This document shows positions 14,601-29,288 of a DNA stretch of 64,000 nt, piece by piece. The DNA is taken from NCBI GenBank assembly GCA_964035545.1, contig OZ037767.1:28784628-28848627 (forward strand), read 5' to 3'. The translations under genes were made by a program, and so were the position numbers. Under the pieces are notes generated by a model. The model saw only the letters and a program-made list of their open reading frames with translations, did not search any database and was not told the origin of the DNA. The stretch comes from Bugula neritina. Its lineage: Eukaryota; Animalia; Bryozoa. The first letter of the stretch is position 1, and every line of letters starts with the position of its first letter.

Positions 14601-17600
14601 TTGTCTTCCCTCAACTGGTTGGCCAGAGCTTCACATTCCTGACGTGTGACAGAGAGAGCTGACTCTAAATGAGTTAGTCTAGACTCTGAACTCTTGAGTT
14701 GAGAAGACAACTCTGCGTTAACAGCGTCGGTCTCTTCACGGGCTAAGATCATCTCCTAACATACAATGTAATAAACTGTATATTTCTACTACCTCAACTA
14801 CAACTAGAAGAAAAGAAACTATCGGAGCTCAAAAACACTGAAGAAAATGAAAATACACCTTGTACTCACCTTGTTGAGCTTGTCAATAGATTTATCTTTT
14901 GTTTCTATTTGAGATTCGAGTTTGATGAGAGCAGCTTGTGATGTGGCATACTCTTTCTGCAGACTTGACAACTCATCTCTCAAACCATCCTTCTGCTTTT
15001 GAAACTACAACCAATGACTATAGAACATAGGTGGCTACAGTACATAGGTGGCTACAGTACAACAAAAATCCATACCAGCCAGTGATTGGCTTAATCAATC
15101 AGCTCATTGACTTATCCATCAGGTGAGTGAAAAAGAGCAAACCTCAACTTGGTTAAAGTTTTTCTGTTACAATGCCACGCATGTCACCATGTAACACATG
15201 TTTTGTATCACAAAAAAATTAATATTGGTAGGTTCTACCTAACACAGTGTTTTGTAAGCATGCTTGTAAAGACATATGTCATCAGCATATCATTTAACCG
15301 TATATAAAACATTCCTACTAATCACAAATTGCATTTTCAACAAACATATATTTAATTTGCTAAGAATATTCCAACAAATTGCTAGGTGACGGAAGACTGC
15401 TAATGACAAGGAAGAGAAAGAGCTTACGGCAGCGAGCTGTTGCTGCCAGTGATCACACTGCTGCTGGAGGGAGTCCAAGTGTTCATCTTTCTCTGCTCTC
15501 TTTGCTTGCAGCTCCTTCTTCAAGTTTATCATCTTCAAATTGATTACTTTACTTGTGACATCAAGTCACACATGAGCATATCATGGCATTATAGCATGAC
15601 ACAAAGATTATATCCTATCGTTATTTATCCATAAGAAGTCATCTTAACTCAAGATGCAGGGCTTGATGCTACATTTTAAATGATGTCCAAATGATTCACC
15701 AATGAAAGAAACTTATTGGAAACTGTTCCACCCAACACATTATATGTATTAGAGACAGAGACAGGTAAAGAGAGACTATACAAAGACAATAGATAGAGCT
15801 GAGGACAGCACGCAGAAAGAATACCTGATGTTGAAGTCTGTCAGATACTGAGCATTGCTCCTCTAAGTCAGCTGATTTCACCTGAGATGACTTCTCCACT
15901 TCAAGCAGTCTCTGTTTCAATGACTTTATCTCAGATTCACTCGCCAACTTCTATAAAACCCATAGAGCTGTGCTCTAACTTTACAGTAGACAGTAGAATA
16001 ATAAACTTGTCATAGTATATAAAGGAGGCCTATTTTACGGGTTATGAGGTGGCTATACGATACAGCGAATAAATTAGCATTAGTTAGAAACTAGCATTTC
16101 ATTTGAAAACCATAACATTACAGCAAGTAGAAAGATTCGACAGAAAGTGTTGGCTAGTAATTACAAAGTTTTTAAGTGGAAGAGCTGTATTGTACGGTAG
16201 GGTGGTCTACATATAACACAACATTTGACTACATACGACACCAGCAGTACAGAGAGTGCGTAATATGAGGACACAGAAAACACAGTGCAGCTGTACATCT
16301 GCAATAGTGCACTCACTACATTGTATCCAACACTATAGTATAGAATACAGTAAGGGCTCTAACACTGCCAAACAACAGGCATACAACAGTCTACCTGCTG
16401 TTTGAGATTCTTATTGGTCTGCTGACTCGTCTCCAGCCTCTTTCTCAGACTACTCATCTCCGTCTGCACCTCCTTCATTCGGCTGTCCAACATCTGACTT
16501 CGGCCATCATTCTCTGATAACTTAGACTTCAGTCTACTCACTTCCGACAATAACCGAGATCTCTCACTATTGCTACCTGCGAGATACAGAACTGAGGCTG
16601 TGACTGGTTATGATGTCATCACTGCTTCAACTACTGCATCACACGTCTGCTTCTTTACCAACGCTTTGGTGATGCGACTTCGCGATGCAAAAAAGACGAT
16701 CCTGATGATGAATGGAAACTTTTACCAAATCAAAGATGAGGTTGTTAAATAAGGTTAATATGACAAAAATATTCAGATATTATAACAGAAAGATATACAT
16801 TGATAAACACTACCGGTACAACACTAGATAAAGTAATGAAAGAATATACAATACAATACATGAAGTAAATACGCATAAAACGAACAACGTAGAAGTATTT
16901 CACTCACCAATTTTTTCTGCCTTCTTCTGCACTTTCTCTTTAGCGTCCAGAGCAAGCTGAGTCAACTTGAGCCGTGACTCTGCGTCATCTAATGCTATCT
17001 GTAACTCACACACTTCACTGTTCTTACATATCAGTTGAGACCTACACATGGTATGATACATACTATACATGGTATGATACATACTACACATGGTATGATA
17101 CATACTACACATGGTATGATACATACTACACATGGTATGATACATACTACACATGGTATGATACATACTACACATGGTATGATACATACTACACATGGTA
17201 TGATACATACTACACATGGTATGATACATACTACACATGGTATGATACATACTACACATGGTATGATACATACTACACAAGGTATGATACATACTACACA
17301 TGGTATGATACATACTACACATGGTATGATACATACTACCCAAGGTATGATACATACTACACATGGTATGATACATACTACACATGGTATGATACATACT
17401 ACACAAGGTATGATACATACTACACATGGTATGATACATACTACACAAGGTAAGATACATACTACACATGGTATGATACATACTACACATGGTATGATAC
17501 ATACTACACAAGGTATGATACATACTACACATGGTATGATACATACTACACATGGTATGATACATACTACACAAGGTAAGATACATACTACACAAGGTAA

Positions 17601-20600
17601 GATACATACTACACATGGTATGATACATACTACACATGGTATGATACACACTATACATGGTATGATACATACTATACGTGGTATGATACATACTACACAT
17701 GGTACGATACATACTATACATAGTACGATACATACTACACATGGTACGATACATACTACACATGGTACGATACATACTACACATGGTACGATACATACTA
17801 TACATAGTATGATACATACTACACATGGTACGATACATACTATACATAGTATGATACATACTATACATAGTAAGATACATACTATACATGGTATGATACA
17901 TACTACACATGGTACGATACATACTACACATGGTATGATACATACTACACATAGTATGATACATACTATACATAGTAAGATACATACTATACATGGTATG
18001 ATACATACTACACATGGTACGATACATACTACACATGGTATGATACATACTACACATGGTATGATACATACTACACATGGTATGATACATACTATACATG
18101 GTATGATACATACTATACATGGTATGATACATACTACACATGGTATGATACATACTACACATGTTATGATACATACTATACATGTTATGATACATACTAC
18201 ACATGGTATGATACATACTATACATGTTATGATACATACTACACATGGTATGATACATACTATACATAGTAAGATATAAGAACTACAGAAATATGTTCAT
18301 ACTATATACATATATTTTGTGATATTCTACTTAAGCCAGTAATTTATATATTAAACCTTCATTGCAATGACAGAAAATCTTTAATTTTATTTTGTTTTAT
18401 TTACTATGCATATTCCTGAGGAATATAAATTAAACATTACTCTAATGCTATAATTATATTTGTTGTGAAACATTTAATTTTTTTTTTCAGTGTAAAACTT
18501 GATAGAGTTGTTACATCAGCATAAAGGAGTGCATCTGACGAAAGTTGTACCTCAACTGAACGAGTTCTTCTCCATCATAGGTAGCAGTTATCTTCTCCTT
18601 ACTCTCAATCTTACACGCCAATGTCTCTAGTCTCCCCAGCTGATCAGACGTCACCTGGATCTCCTGCTGACACAGCGTCAGCTTCTTTTCTGATTCCTCC
18701 AGCTGACACTTCAGCTCTACATTCTCCATCTTGATGTGCTCCGTCTCTTGTACTTGTGCCTCCAGAGTACCGGTTCTATCAGAAATAGAAATTCCCCATA
18801 CATAGCTGTTTGGATGATTTTGAATCAATTCCTGCTCACCTTCACATCTGGGGATAAACACACACATACCTTTGTTTATGATCTTGAAGTAGACTTTCCA
18901 TGTTTCTGAATTCATCTTGCAATGTGTTTAGTTTGGATGATTTAGATTTCAACTCATCCTGAAGAGTGCCTATATCTGTTAGTCATAAAACAAACCTGAT
19001 GTAAAACTAAGCCTAAAATCCAGAAAAGTAAAAACATTCGGAACTGATACTACATACACAGAAAATAGAACTCTCCTTTGAAGTATTGTCAGCACAATGC
19101 TATATTCAAAGAACATACTATTTCCTGTAAGTTGTAGAACAATTCATTGGCAAGTCCCTAAGAACCATTGGGTGCACCAGCACTGTAAAATCCCAAAAAA
19201 CACCAGAATATAAAAGACAAAGCGGCCACACCTGAAACAAACTGCAAATTATGTGTTTTCTCAGCCCCCACTGCCTTTTCCTTTTCTTCAAGTTGTACTT
19301 GGAGTTGTGCGACCTGATTATGCAGCTCCGCATTCTGTCCGACGATAGCCTTAGATTCTATAGCTCCACATTCCAGATTGTGGACTTTGCCATGTAACTC
19401 GGCCAATTGTAGATTGAGTTGCTTGTTAGCTAAGGCTAAATGAGACGATTCCGCAACTTGTTTCTCCTTCAAACTACACAATAGAGAGATAAACAATTCA
19501 AAGGAAAGACAACTTACAATTTTGTCCAACGTGATAAATGCACCTCATCAGCCTTATTACAACAAGATAAATAGTTTCAAAAGAATAAAATTATAGTAGA
19601 AGTGATACCACAACATTTTTAAATGAAGCAGTCATTAAAACTCAGGGCCAGATAAATCTTAGTCCTAGCAAATAGTTTTACATCAGATAACATTATGTTG
19701 AGCTAATATATAATATTTTAGTCATAATCAAGAACTAAAATATTGAGGACGGTTATTCTCGGCAGCAAATCTCACAGACCTGAGTTCGTTCTGCAGCGCT
19801 GCCAACTGCTCCTCCAAGTCTCTATTCCGAGTCAACAAACTCTTCTTCTCTCGATCTCTTCTTTTCACGTCTTTTCTCAGTTCCAGACAAGTCTGAGAGT
19901 CTTCCGTTGACAACTCCTTCTCCTGGAACTCCAGCTGTTTCGCCAGTTGCACCGCGTTGTCCCTCTCAACCCTCAGCCTGGGAAATTATGAGTATGTCAC
20001 CTCAGTTCTAATTGCAGGAAATTGCTACTTTTCACTGATACACTTTAGTACCTGCTCTTTATGAAGTTCCCCGTTTCTGTCTCCTTTAGACTACACCTAC
20101 TTTGATACCTTTTCAGTAACAAGAGTAAATGGAGAAGATACCAGTTACTAACAAGGTAGATACACTAATAATGTAGACTACTAACAAGGTAGATACACTA
20201 ATAATGTAGAAGTAGATAAATAACAAGGTAGATATACTAATAATGTAGATGTAGACTACTAACAAGGTAACTATACTAATAATGTAGAAGTAGATAAATA
20301 ACAAGGTAACTATACTAATAATGTAGAAGTAGATAAATAACAAGGTAACTATACTAATAATGAGATGTACGAACGAGTTAATAAGACTCTGCTGTTCTTT
20401 CATTCTCTCCTCAGTTAACTTCAGCATCTCATTTATTTGTTTCAGTCTTTTACTACTTTCTGCTGCATTCACTTGAGTACCGTGATTCCTGGCTTCAGAT
20501 TGTCTGTATTACAAAGATAAAACAAACTTTCCATCAGTTTATCAAGATTCCTAGCAATGTGTGACATATACAGGGCAATAAATGACAGTTATATATGCAT

Positions 20601-21907
20601 TAGTAAAACACTATTGAGTTAGCAGGATATATTTAGAGAATATAGTTCAATAAATCCAGACCTGAGAGCTTTCTCTAAGGCCTTCACCTCATTCTGTAGA
20701 GACACGACACTCTCCTGTAACTGAGACACCAACTGTTTGTAAGTAGATATGTTATCACTGACTGTCGTGTGCTCAGAGGTGATCTGCATATGACACACAA
20801 AACAAGTGGTAAAAGTGGAATGATTTAGTACCAATTGCTGTAGATGAATTATCAACAGACACAAACAAGTAGTATAACCAGTGCAATAATGTACTACCGA
20901 TTAGATGTAGTTTATTATTGTCAAAGTTACGAATAACACTATTTTACAAAGAAATCATGTTACTGAAAGAGCTGTTACGATAATAAGTTAAAATGAATTT
21001 TATATATACAATAATAAATTAGAACCAATGCTACAATATGAAAGTGGAAAGCCAAAAATAACAAAATGATTAAAATTTCAAGAAATTACACTACAGAATC
21101 TGAATTGCATGTGGAAACAACTCTGGTACTAACCTCACTCAGCTGAGTGTGTGTCACCATCAGTTTGTTTACTAAGGAGTCTTTTTCACTCTCCAACTTA
21201 GAATTGGCTCTTTCCAAGTCATAGAGTCTCTTCCTCAAGTCGTCTCTGTTACTGTCTCCACCGCCCGAGTTAAAGAGAGGGTGGTTAGCAAACACAGCAT
21301 CAACCATGTCAACGCCCCCATCTCCATACTTTATACAACAAAATAATCTTAGGCTAGCTCGTACAATCTCAGGCTAACTCATATAATAAACAACATAGAA
21401 AGAAATCTAAACAAAATTAAAAAAATTGCATCCACAGAATCAGTTAGTTAGTCAATTAATTACATACGCCCAGTTACTAGGTTTACCTTACTAAACCGGA
21501 ACCTTCTGTGAGGGCTGTTTGGTGAAGGTGATGACCGGCCATGACCTTTACGATGCACAGGAGGCGGGGTCGTATGCAACTCGTCTATGGTAAAGCTCTG
21601 TAAAACAGGTGTGTTGGTGCCGGAGCCATGTCTGGTGGTTCTAGAAGTAGTGGGCTGCCTAGGTGACGACCTAAAAGTCACATTTTACTCAGTTCCACCA
21701 TAAACCAGATTTATGTAAAACATTGTGTTTTGCTAAAAAATACGAGTGATAAAACATTCACACAAAATATATAAATAATTATATATAGTAGACTGACTTA
21801 GCACTTGACAGAGAGCTGAGAGTTCGTTCTGTTACGCTTATTCTTTCTTTCAAGGCTTGAACATTAGAGAGTAAATCATCAGATATTTTATTAGTTGCAA
21901 GAGCCAT
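8642..21907 (-). CDS. CCDC18: Long coiled-coil protein, CCDC18-like; more than 20 exons
   Basis: First exon 21907-21798 (MALATNKISDDLLSNVQALKERISVTERTLSSL) resembles the recalled CCDC18 N-terminus. LRKRLYDLERANSKLESEKDSLVNKLMVTHTQLSE and ENVELKCQLEESEKKLTLCQQEIQVTSDQLGRLE match further recalled CCDC18 blocks. A continuous series of heptad-rich minus-strand exons has GT-AG borders. The terminal exon ending SPDNK-TAA at 8642 is inferred; an alternative stop at 8857 applies if the last intron is retained. Confidence 0.8.
12750..12985. repeat. 14-bp minisatellite (GAGAGGTAGAGAGT), CCDC18 intron, next to an acceptor
   Basis: Visible tandem array; pyrimidine-rich on the transcribed (minus) strand. 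Confidence 0.9.
17042..18276. repeat. 21-bp minisatellite (CTACACATGGTATGATACATA), about 59 copies, in a CCDC18 intron
   Basis: Directly visible tandem array; it generates the long repetitive ORFs in the ORF track. Confidence 0.97.
20145..20362. repeat. ~33-39-bp minisatellite (ACTAATAATGTAGAAGTAGATAAATAACAAGGTAACTAT), CCDC18 intron, next to a donor
   Basis: Visible tandem copies with length variants. Confidence 0.85.
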
Positions 21908-22009
21908 TGGACATCTTATTTCATCTAACAATGTATTACAATATTATTAAAATAGAAGAATCCAAAATTATATGTTGTAGTTTGAAGAAGTTTCAGTCAT
22001 TGTTATTCA

Positions 22010-22780
22010 TATTGTATTTACTATCAGTATCAGTATCCCTATTAGTATTACTATTAGGTTTAGTATTACTGTATTTATAATTATGACTATGATGACAGAA
22101 TATGGGTATACTATTAGTATCAGTAAGAGTATCAGTATGAATATCACTAAGACTACGTCTATACAAATTTCTATACTCTATATTATATTTATAAGTATAA
22201 GTACAAACACAGTGACTAAGCTAATTAATATTATTACTATTAGCATAGTGATACTGATAGTGATACTAACACCAACAGACAATAGTAAATCTAAACAGTA
22301 AATGTATTTGTAATACTAATCTGTAATCAGTAATCATAATCATAATGTCTAAGTCTTATACGTATAGTTATAGTCACTATTACTAATAGTATTACTATAC
22401 TTATAGTTATACTTATAGCATTAACTTCAAGTTCAACTAATAGTAATACTATTACTATCACTATCAGTATTATTAACAGACTTAGTATTACTTATTACTA
22501 TTAGACTTAGTAATACTAATAGTATTATTATTACAGTTACTGTTAGTGTTACTATTACTGTATAAGTATTAGTATTATTAATATTATTAGTATTACTATT
22601 ATTATTAGTATTAGTATCTGTATTACTATTACTATTAGTATTACTATTAGTATTACTATTACTATTAGTATTAGTATTACTATTAGTATTACTATTAGTA
22701 TTAGTATTACTATTAGTAAATGTAATACTTATACTAATGTAATTGAGTATTACTATTACTATTAGTGAATTACATAGTTT
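22010..22780. repeat. Degenerate 6-bp-periodic low-complexity tract in the divergent CCDC18/SYAP1 intergenic region
   Basis: ACTATT/AGTATT/ATACTG/AGTATG hexamer variants. Similar tracts at ~1-480, 4465-5190, 31600-32100, 58850-59420 and 61185-62090. Confidence 0.8.
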
Positions 22781-22929
22781 TGCTATTATTGCATAAATTA
22801 AAGTAGAATAATTTTTTTTGTATTTTAATTTAATAAACTATAGGATTCTTATATTGTTATTTTCATTGATATATAAAATATTTTTAACTACACAACATAA
22901 ATATCAATGAACTTGAATTTCGTGACAGC

Positions 22930-23050
22930 CGCCTAGCCAATAGCATATTTCCATGATTGGCTGCATTGAATAATGCGTCATGATCAAAACAAACTTTACT
23001 TGCAAAGGTAATAACCAAGATAGCTACCATTTTGGCGGTGATGACGTAGT
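22930..23050. promoter_or_regulatory. Candidate promoter motif cluster upstream of SYAP1 (divergent with CCDC18)
   Basis: Opposed CCAAT boxes (22937-22941, 22956-22960), TGCGTCA and TGACGT CRE-like sites, and an E2F-like TTTGGCGG (23031-23038) in a locally CpG-richer patch. Motif match only. Confidence 0.45.
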
Positions 23051-23326
23051 GATTTTAAATTAGAGGTAAATTTGTATACTGCACACAAAAGCTACTTTAA
23101 GTAAAATATATGTATAGAGATGTAGGCAGTTAACACTTTCGCGCAACAACAAGTTGCTTCAGTGTCTATAAATTTAATCATTACTCGAGATTGGCGATGA
23201 GACGGAGTGGCACAAGTACTAGTGAGCGAAGCTGCTCTATGTTTTCATTTTTCTTATAACGCAACGATTACAGATAGATTTTGACAGATTATCGTTATTT
23301 GCTAGCTTTTTCTAAACCTATTTATT

Positions 23327-26300
23327 ATGTTTAAAGCACTGAGTGATAACTTTTCGTCTTTTATTGGTGGAAAATCCCAATCCGCTGCAGCTACTACTAC
23401 TAGCACGGGTTCAAATAATCATAACGATAATGGTGATTCTTCTGGAAAAGAAACGACTAACGACGATGTAAAATCTCATGATGTTGGGGAAGGTGGAAGT
23501 GAAGCAAGTGGTGCAGGTGAAGAAAATGCTGCGGTGAAGCAGCAAGCTAAATCTCCACCTCCAAGACCAACTCCACCGCTAAAATCAGACAGCATTTCTA
23601 AGCAGGGCTCTCTTTCTGAAAGTGAAAAGGAACCATTAAAGTCAGCTGGCGATGATAAAACTTCAAATGAGACAGACACATCTAAGGGTGTAAACAGTGA
23701 CAAAAATGGCTCCAACAAAATAGATAAACTTGATGAGGTTGCTGACAAAGCCCGTGAGTGGGGAAGTAAGTTTTATTTCAAATTTTATTCCAAATGTATA
23801 ATATCCACATCATTGTTGTCATAATTACTGTCTATGTATATTTTTTTATTTTATATTTTCATTATTATTATAGAAATATTAGTTTGTGCATCTATGTGTT
23901 GAGTTGAAGATTTGGACCGACTTGTGTTGGAATGAAGATATTTAGTTTTACTTATGAATCATAAATGTGAATTGTTCAATTATTTTATTCCTAAGACAGT
24001 ATTGAATTCTGGGGGTATAAATTATGATTCCAAACGTAGATGACAGTAACTTGTTTTTTGATATGCCTTCAATCATTGTTACTAAATAATATTGCAAAGG
24101 TCTAGCATAGGATATTCATATTAGTAGAAAAAATTACATGAAACATTGGTTCAAAAAAGCAGTATGCATTTTTTCAAAGACAATAAATTAAAAATTCTGA
24201 GTTTAAGTTTTGGTATTCAACATCATATTGGTTCAATTTGTCACTTTTTGGAGAAAAAGTATTTTTAGTTGTTCTTGAAATTATAGTTTTTATTAGAATA
24301 TAAAAAGTAGTCACAAATGTTTCATTGTGACCATTTTTTTGGGTACATACTCAGGATTGCTATATGATTGAATTGACATGTTGTTCACATCCTTCTCTTA
24401 TGATAATTTACAGAAACTGAAGAAGTCTCACATGTTTCTCTTTAAATTACTGTCCTTTGAAATTGTTATTGTTTTTCATAGTTAAATCGTTTTGCTCAGA
24501 GAACACTTTGCCAACAATTAGCTGCTTTTTACTTGATCTTTGTTAAAATATGCATGCCCAACTTTAGCTGTTTTATCTCATTAACATATTGAGTTATAAA
24601 TGGCAAACTGTTGGTGATCTTATATATAACTTTGAGATTGTTCCCATAAACACACATCTGCATTAATAAATGACATAAAAACAAATAAATTTTGGAATTT
24701 GGAATTTTTATGATCTCTGGTAACTATAATTGATATTTTACTCGTTTTGCCGCTGTAGAGTGATTATGCCAATGCAGTTGTAGCATATCATTCACTCAAA
24801 GCATTAGTGACTTATTTGGTATTTAATATACTCTTGTTTTTGTAGGCTATTTATTTAGCATGACAAAAACTGCTGGTGCTAGCGTTAGTGCTAAAGCAAA
24901 GGAACTGAAGAAAGCAGTTGCTGAAAATGTAAGTTGTAATAATATATTGACTGTGCAACCACCTAATGGTATTAAATTCATTCTCTATATGTGATATTGA
25001 TTAATACTGTCTCTATATTGATAATTGTGCTGTCTGACAGCGAGTTTTGATCTCAATAATGTGCTGCCACATTATGCCAAAGAAGATTTTGTTGCTAAAG
25101 TTTCAGGTTATTCCAGCCTGCAATATCTAGCTGGCTTAAAAATATATTGTCTGGTCTAAATCATCTTCAACGCTGCATGTTAACATTTGTTGACTTGCCT
25201 TCTTTTACCGTGAATTATTAAATTATTGAATGTTTTATGTTGGTTTGAGTATTTAATTTGATTTTTTGCAATTAATTTGTTGTATTTATGGAACAGACTA
25301 TTATTGGAGACTTCGTGAAAGAACAAGACAAATTTGTCTCAGAGAAAAAAGAGAAAGCCCGAGCCAGTGAAGCCGCAGTGCCACCGTGGGTTGGGTATAA
25401 CGAAGAAGAGCAAATGAAAACACAGATGTTGGCTTTGTCTAATGTACGTCTTTGTTGTTTAACTTGACTTTGATCACTACTATTGGTGGCTACAATAACA
25501 ACTACTACTACCACGGCTACTACTACTAATACTACTGCTACTACTACTAATACCACGGCTACTACTACTAATACTACTGCTACTACTACTAATACTACTG
25601 CTACTACTACTAATACTACTGCTACTGCTGCTGGCTACCAATGCTGTTAATACTGTCTCATATTTATATGTAATTTTATATATTATAATTTGGCTATGTC
25701 TATTAGTGCCCCATCAGCATTTCTCATTTTCACCATAAAATCACCCTCAAGCAAAAGGTTATGGGTGATTTAGCAAACTGTGGGTGAATTAGAATTTGCT
25801 GATTAGTTATTACCTTGTCAGATAATATTTTTTAAGATGTTTGCTTTAGAAATGTCAACACGGTTCCTATATCAGTTGATTTGAAATGTATCTCATTAAT
25901 CAGACTGTGTTATGAGTTGCTACATTATTACTATACTGTACTATACATACTGTGCTATAAGTTGCTACATTATTACTATACTATACTATACATACTGTGC
26001 TATAAGTTGCTACATTATTACTATACTATACATATTGTGCTATAAGTTGCTACATTATTACTATACTATACATACTGTGCTATAAGTTGCTACATTATTA
26101 CTATACTATACATATTGTGCTATAAGTTGCTGCATTATTACTATACTATACATACTGTGCTATAAGTTGCTACATTAATACTATACTATACTATACATAT
26201 TGTGCTATAAGTTGCTACATTATTACTATACTATACATATTGTGCTATAAGTTGCTACATTATTACTATACTATACATATTGTGCTATAAGTTGCTACAT

Positions 26301-28682
26301 TGTTACTATACTATACATATTGTGCTATAAGTTGCTGCATTATTACTATACTATACATACTGTGCTATAAGTTGCTACATTAATACTATACTATACTATA
26401 CATATTGTGCTATAAGTTGCTACATTGTTACTATGCTATACTATACATACTGTGCTATAAGTTGCTACATTATTACTATACTATACTATACTATACACAT
26501 TGTGCTATAAGTTGCTACATTGTTAATATACTATACCACACATATTGCTATTTTACTGATAAAGCCTCTTAAGTTGTATTGTTATATCTGCACTGCAGGC
26601 TGTCACTACTGATGCCATCAGTAACTAGCACAGCTCATTGATTTACGCTCAGAGTAATGCTCTCTGAAGATGTGCAGATCAATTTACAGCAAAATCAGAT
26701 GGCTTCAGATAATAAACCTTTAATGGCTAATGGACTTGTCAAGTGCTTATGTCTTACTTCTTTTTGTGTCTCAGTGCGAGTTTTAGACTGACAAATTCTT
26801 ACACACTTAGAACCACAGTTGGCTGTGTGGAATTTATATGTGCAGACACTAGACCTCGTGAGAAAATTTGACTCATCTACTTGTAAATTTTTGTTACTAT
26901 TTTTTCTTTTAAGTCGTTTTTCTAGACTATCCAGTTTACTTCTTTTTAGGACAAGAGAAACTTTCTTCGAAATCCTCCCACTGGTGTGCAGTTTCACTTT
27001 GATTACAATACTTGTTATCCAGTTGCCATGGCAACCTTGGCTGAAGATGATAGACTGAAAGACATGAGGTTTCAGTTGGTACCCAAACTGTAAGTGTTGT
27101 CAGTACTTGTAGTCGTAAGTGCCTGTTGCATGGAGTCTAACTTATCAATTATTAAAGGTAAAATTTACTTAACATTGATAATGCTATGTTTCAGTTTAAG
27201 CTCCTGTAATCACTACATGTAAAACCTTATTATTTGTAGCAAAATTTATTTAACAACCACGGTACACATGAGAACACACTTTTATGCTGAATAGTTAATT
27301 GTATGTTACGAGCCGAGTTGTTTTTAGGGTCAGTGAGCATGATTTCTGGAGGAACTACTTCTACAGAGTTTCTTTGATAAAGCAATCAACTCAGTTGACC
27401 TCATTGGCCAAGCAGTCCACCAACACAGGTACTGCTTCTAATGCATTTCATTGATTTCGTATCACTGTTATGTAACTCTATTAAATTAGTTTCTTATATG
27501 CTATGCTACTGGCTAACGACTTCAAACCATAATATACTCAATAAAGTCACTGAACTGTAGTAATGGTGGCTTATAATTTTATGAAGCCTTAGATCTTCAA
27601 CTTTGTGTTAGATCCCTTGCTAACTATCATCTACCTTGAAACAATTTCATGTAACTTAATACTTTAGTGTACTGCATCTCTAAATGGTAATAGGAATATA
27701 TATCATATGACTGAACACTGATGAATCTTTTGTACTGCTTTTTATTGTGATTGTGTAATTCTGTTGTATTTTTATATGTAATTATTGTTTTTTACTTTCT
27801 AGCTCTATAATGGCATGTATATTATCTGCCTATATAAAATAATCTAGCCAGCTGTACTATTCACAGTAGCTACTATCCTGTCTATGCACAATACGTAATA
27901 TAATCCTTACCGTGTTGTACTTATGTTCTGTTTGCACGCTGCTATGTTGTGATCATTGTTGAAGGTTCCAATAACACGACAACTGATACAATTGAAAAAC
28001 CGCCTGCTGTAGACTCTACGGTAGATGCAGGTAATGGAGTGCTAGCAGATATCCTGGCATGATGTTGTTTAGAAATGCAAGAATTTTATGTAGTTACTCG
28101 GAGAGCTACTTAATATGATTTTAAAACCATAAAACATGAACATAGAATTAAAATGAAAATTAGAACCCACACCCAATAATAGTATTTTGATGCCAAACAC
28201 ATGATACTTATGTGTGTTATGGTTCTTTGATTGTTCTGATGGTTTATTTTACTGCCATAGTTTCAACTTGCATCACTATAATGTTAACAGACGGTGGTAA
28301 GACCATTCCAAGTGAGGCAGCAGCTGCCGATATTGATGCCGGCACAGACGAGGCAGAGCTGACTGTGGGCACTGATGAGTTCATCAGTGATGCGTACAAC
28401 TTGGAGATCAGTGACGAAGATCTGATGCGTGAAATGGAGGCTCTGCGAGCATCTCCTGGTGTAGACGATCGTAAGTTGTGGCAATACAATACCAAGTCTG
28501 CGTGTTTTCATTGTTGAACCGTAGTTATAAGATATGCTGTACTTGACATTTTAGAGGAATGGGAGGCAGAGCTACAGAAAGAGCTCAATGATTACGAGGT
28601 GGTGTCAGGGTCGAATGAGTTAGATGATGAAGCACTAGAGAAGGAAATTATGCAAGAGATTAAAGATACAAGTACAGCATGA
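23327..28682 (+). CDS. SYAP1: Synapse-associated protein 1 (BSD domain, Sap47 family); 8 coding exons
   Basis: Exons ~23327-23765, 24846-24928, 25298-25443, 26950-27089, 27328-27428, 27966-28030, 28291-28470 and 28555-28682. Motifs [60 protein letters not shown] and acidic [16 protein letters not shown]. Confidence 0.93.
25495..25630. repeat. (ACT)n-type imperfect microsatellite, SYAP1 intron
   Basis: Visible ACT/GCT/AAT triplet run. Confidence 0.85.
25905..26545. repeat. ~40-45-bp minisatellite (TGTGCTATAAGTTGCTACATTATTACTATACTATACATA), SYAP1 intron
   Basis: About 15 visible tandem copies with a variable number of ACTAT sub-repeats. Confidence 0.95.
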
Positions 28683-29288
28683 GTTCAACTGTGACTGCTT
28701 AGCTGCTCTCTATGGAAAGGAGGTTATAATGGAATTTAGTATCCATGTTGTATATTGTTCACCAGCACTTGCACTGTGTAAAGTTTTAGAACTAGTTGAA
28801 ACGTAAATTAAATTTGAAAAATTACAAAAATTGAAATGCTGAAATTCACTGTGCTATTATCTTTATTTATGAGATGATGTGTAATAGTATTTCATGCTTA
28901 ACTAAATTTAATCTGGTCTTTTCTAAAGGAGGAAAATATTCATCTAAATATTTATTGTTTTGAGGGTACTCATATTGATATTCATTATATCCAGTGTGTT
29001 TATTTTTTATTGGTGAAAATATAAAATTTGGCAAGTTATTGTACTAATAGCGGTTCAACATTTACTGTTATAATTACGTATCTTTTATTAAATAAATATG
29101 TTGTATAATTGAAGCCTAAAATCATGCTACAACCAGTATACCATGCAGCCAGTTTTAATTATTTGTTTAAATCATTACACTAATTTATTTCCAATAATAA
29201 TAACTTAACACACTCTATATATTACATATTTACAAGTGAAATTTACAATACTATTGCACTAAAAATGCACCAACACTGGCATTTTTGG

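Noticed and set aside
16600-16702. CpG-rich intronic patch in CCDC18 as an extra exon or C/D snoRNA
   Set aside because: In-frame use hits a stop, the donor phase does not match the next exon, and no properly placed box D follows the box C-like motif on the host strand.
16974-18279. Long repetitive ORFs on both strands (414, 206 and 159 aa)
   Set aside because: By-products of the 21-bp minisatellite. Only the frame continuous with the CCDC18 exon is kept as a hypothesis.
18848-18869. Apparent 22-nt GT-AG intron in CCDC18
   Set aside because: Too short for normal splicing; an acceptor near 18777 gives a ~93-nt intron with the correct phase.
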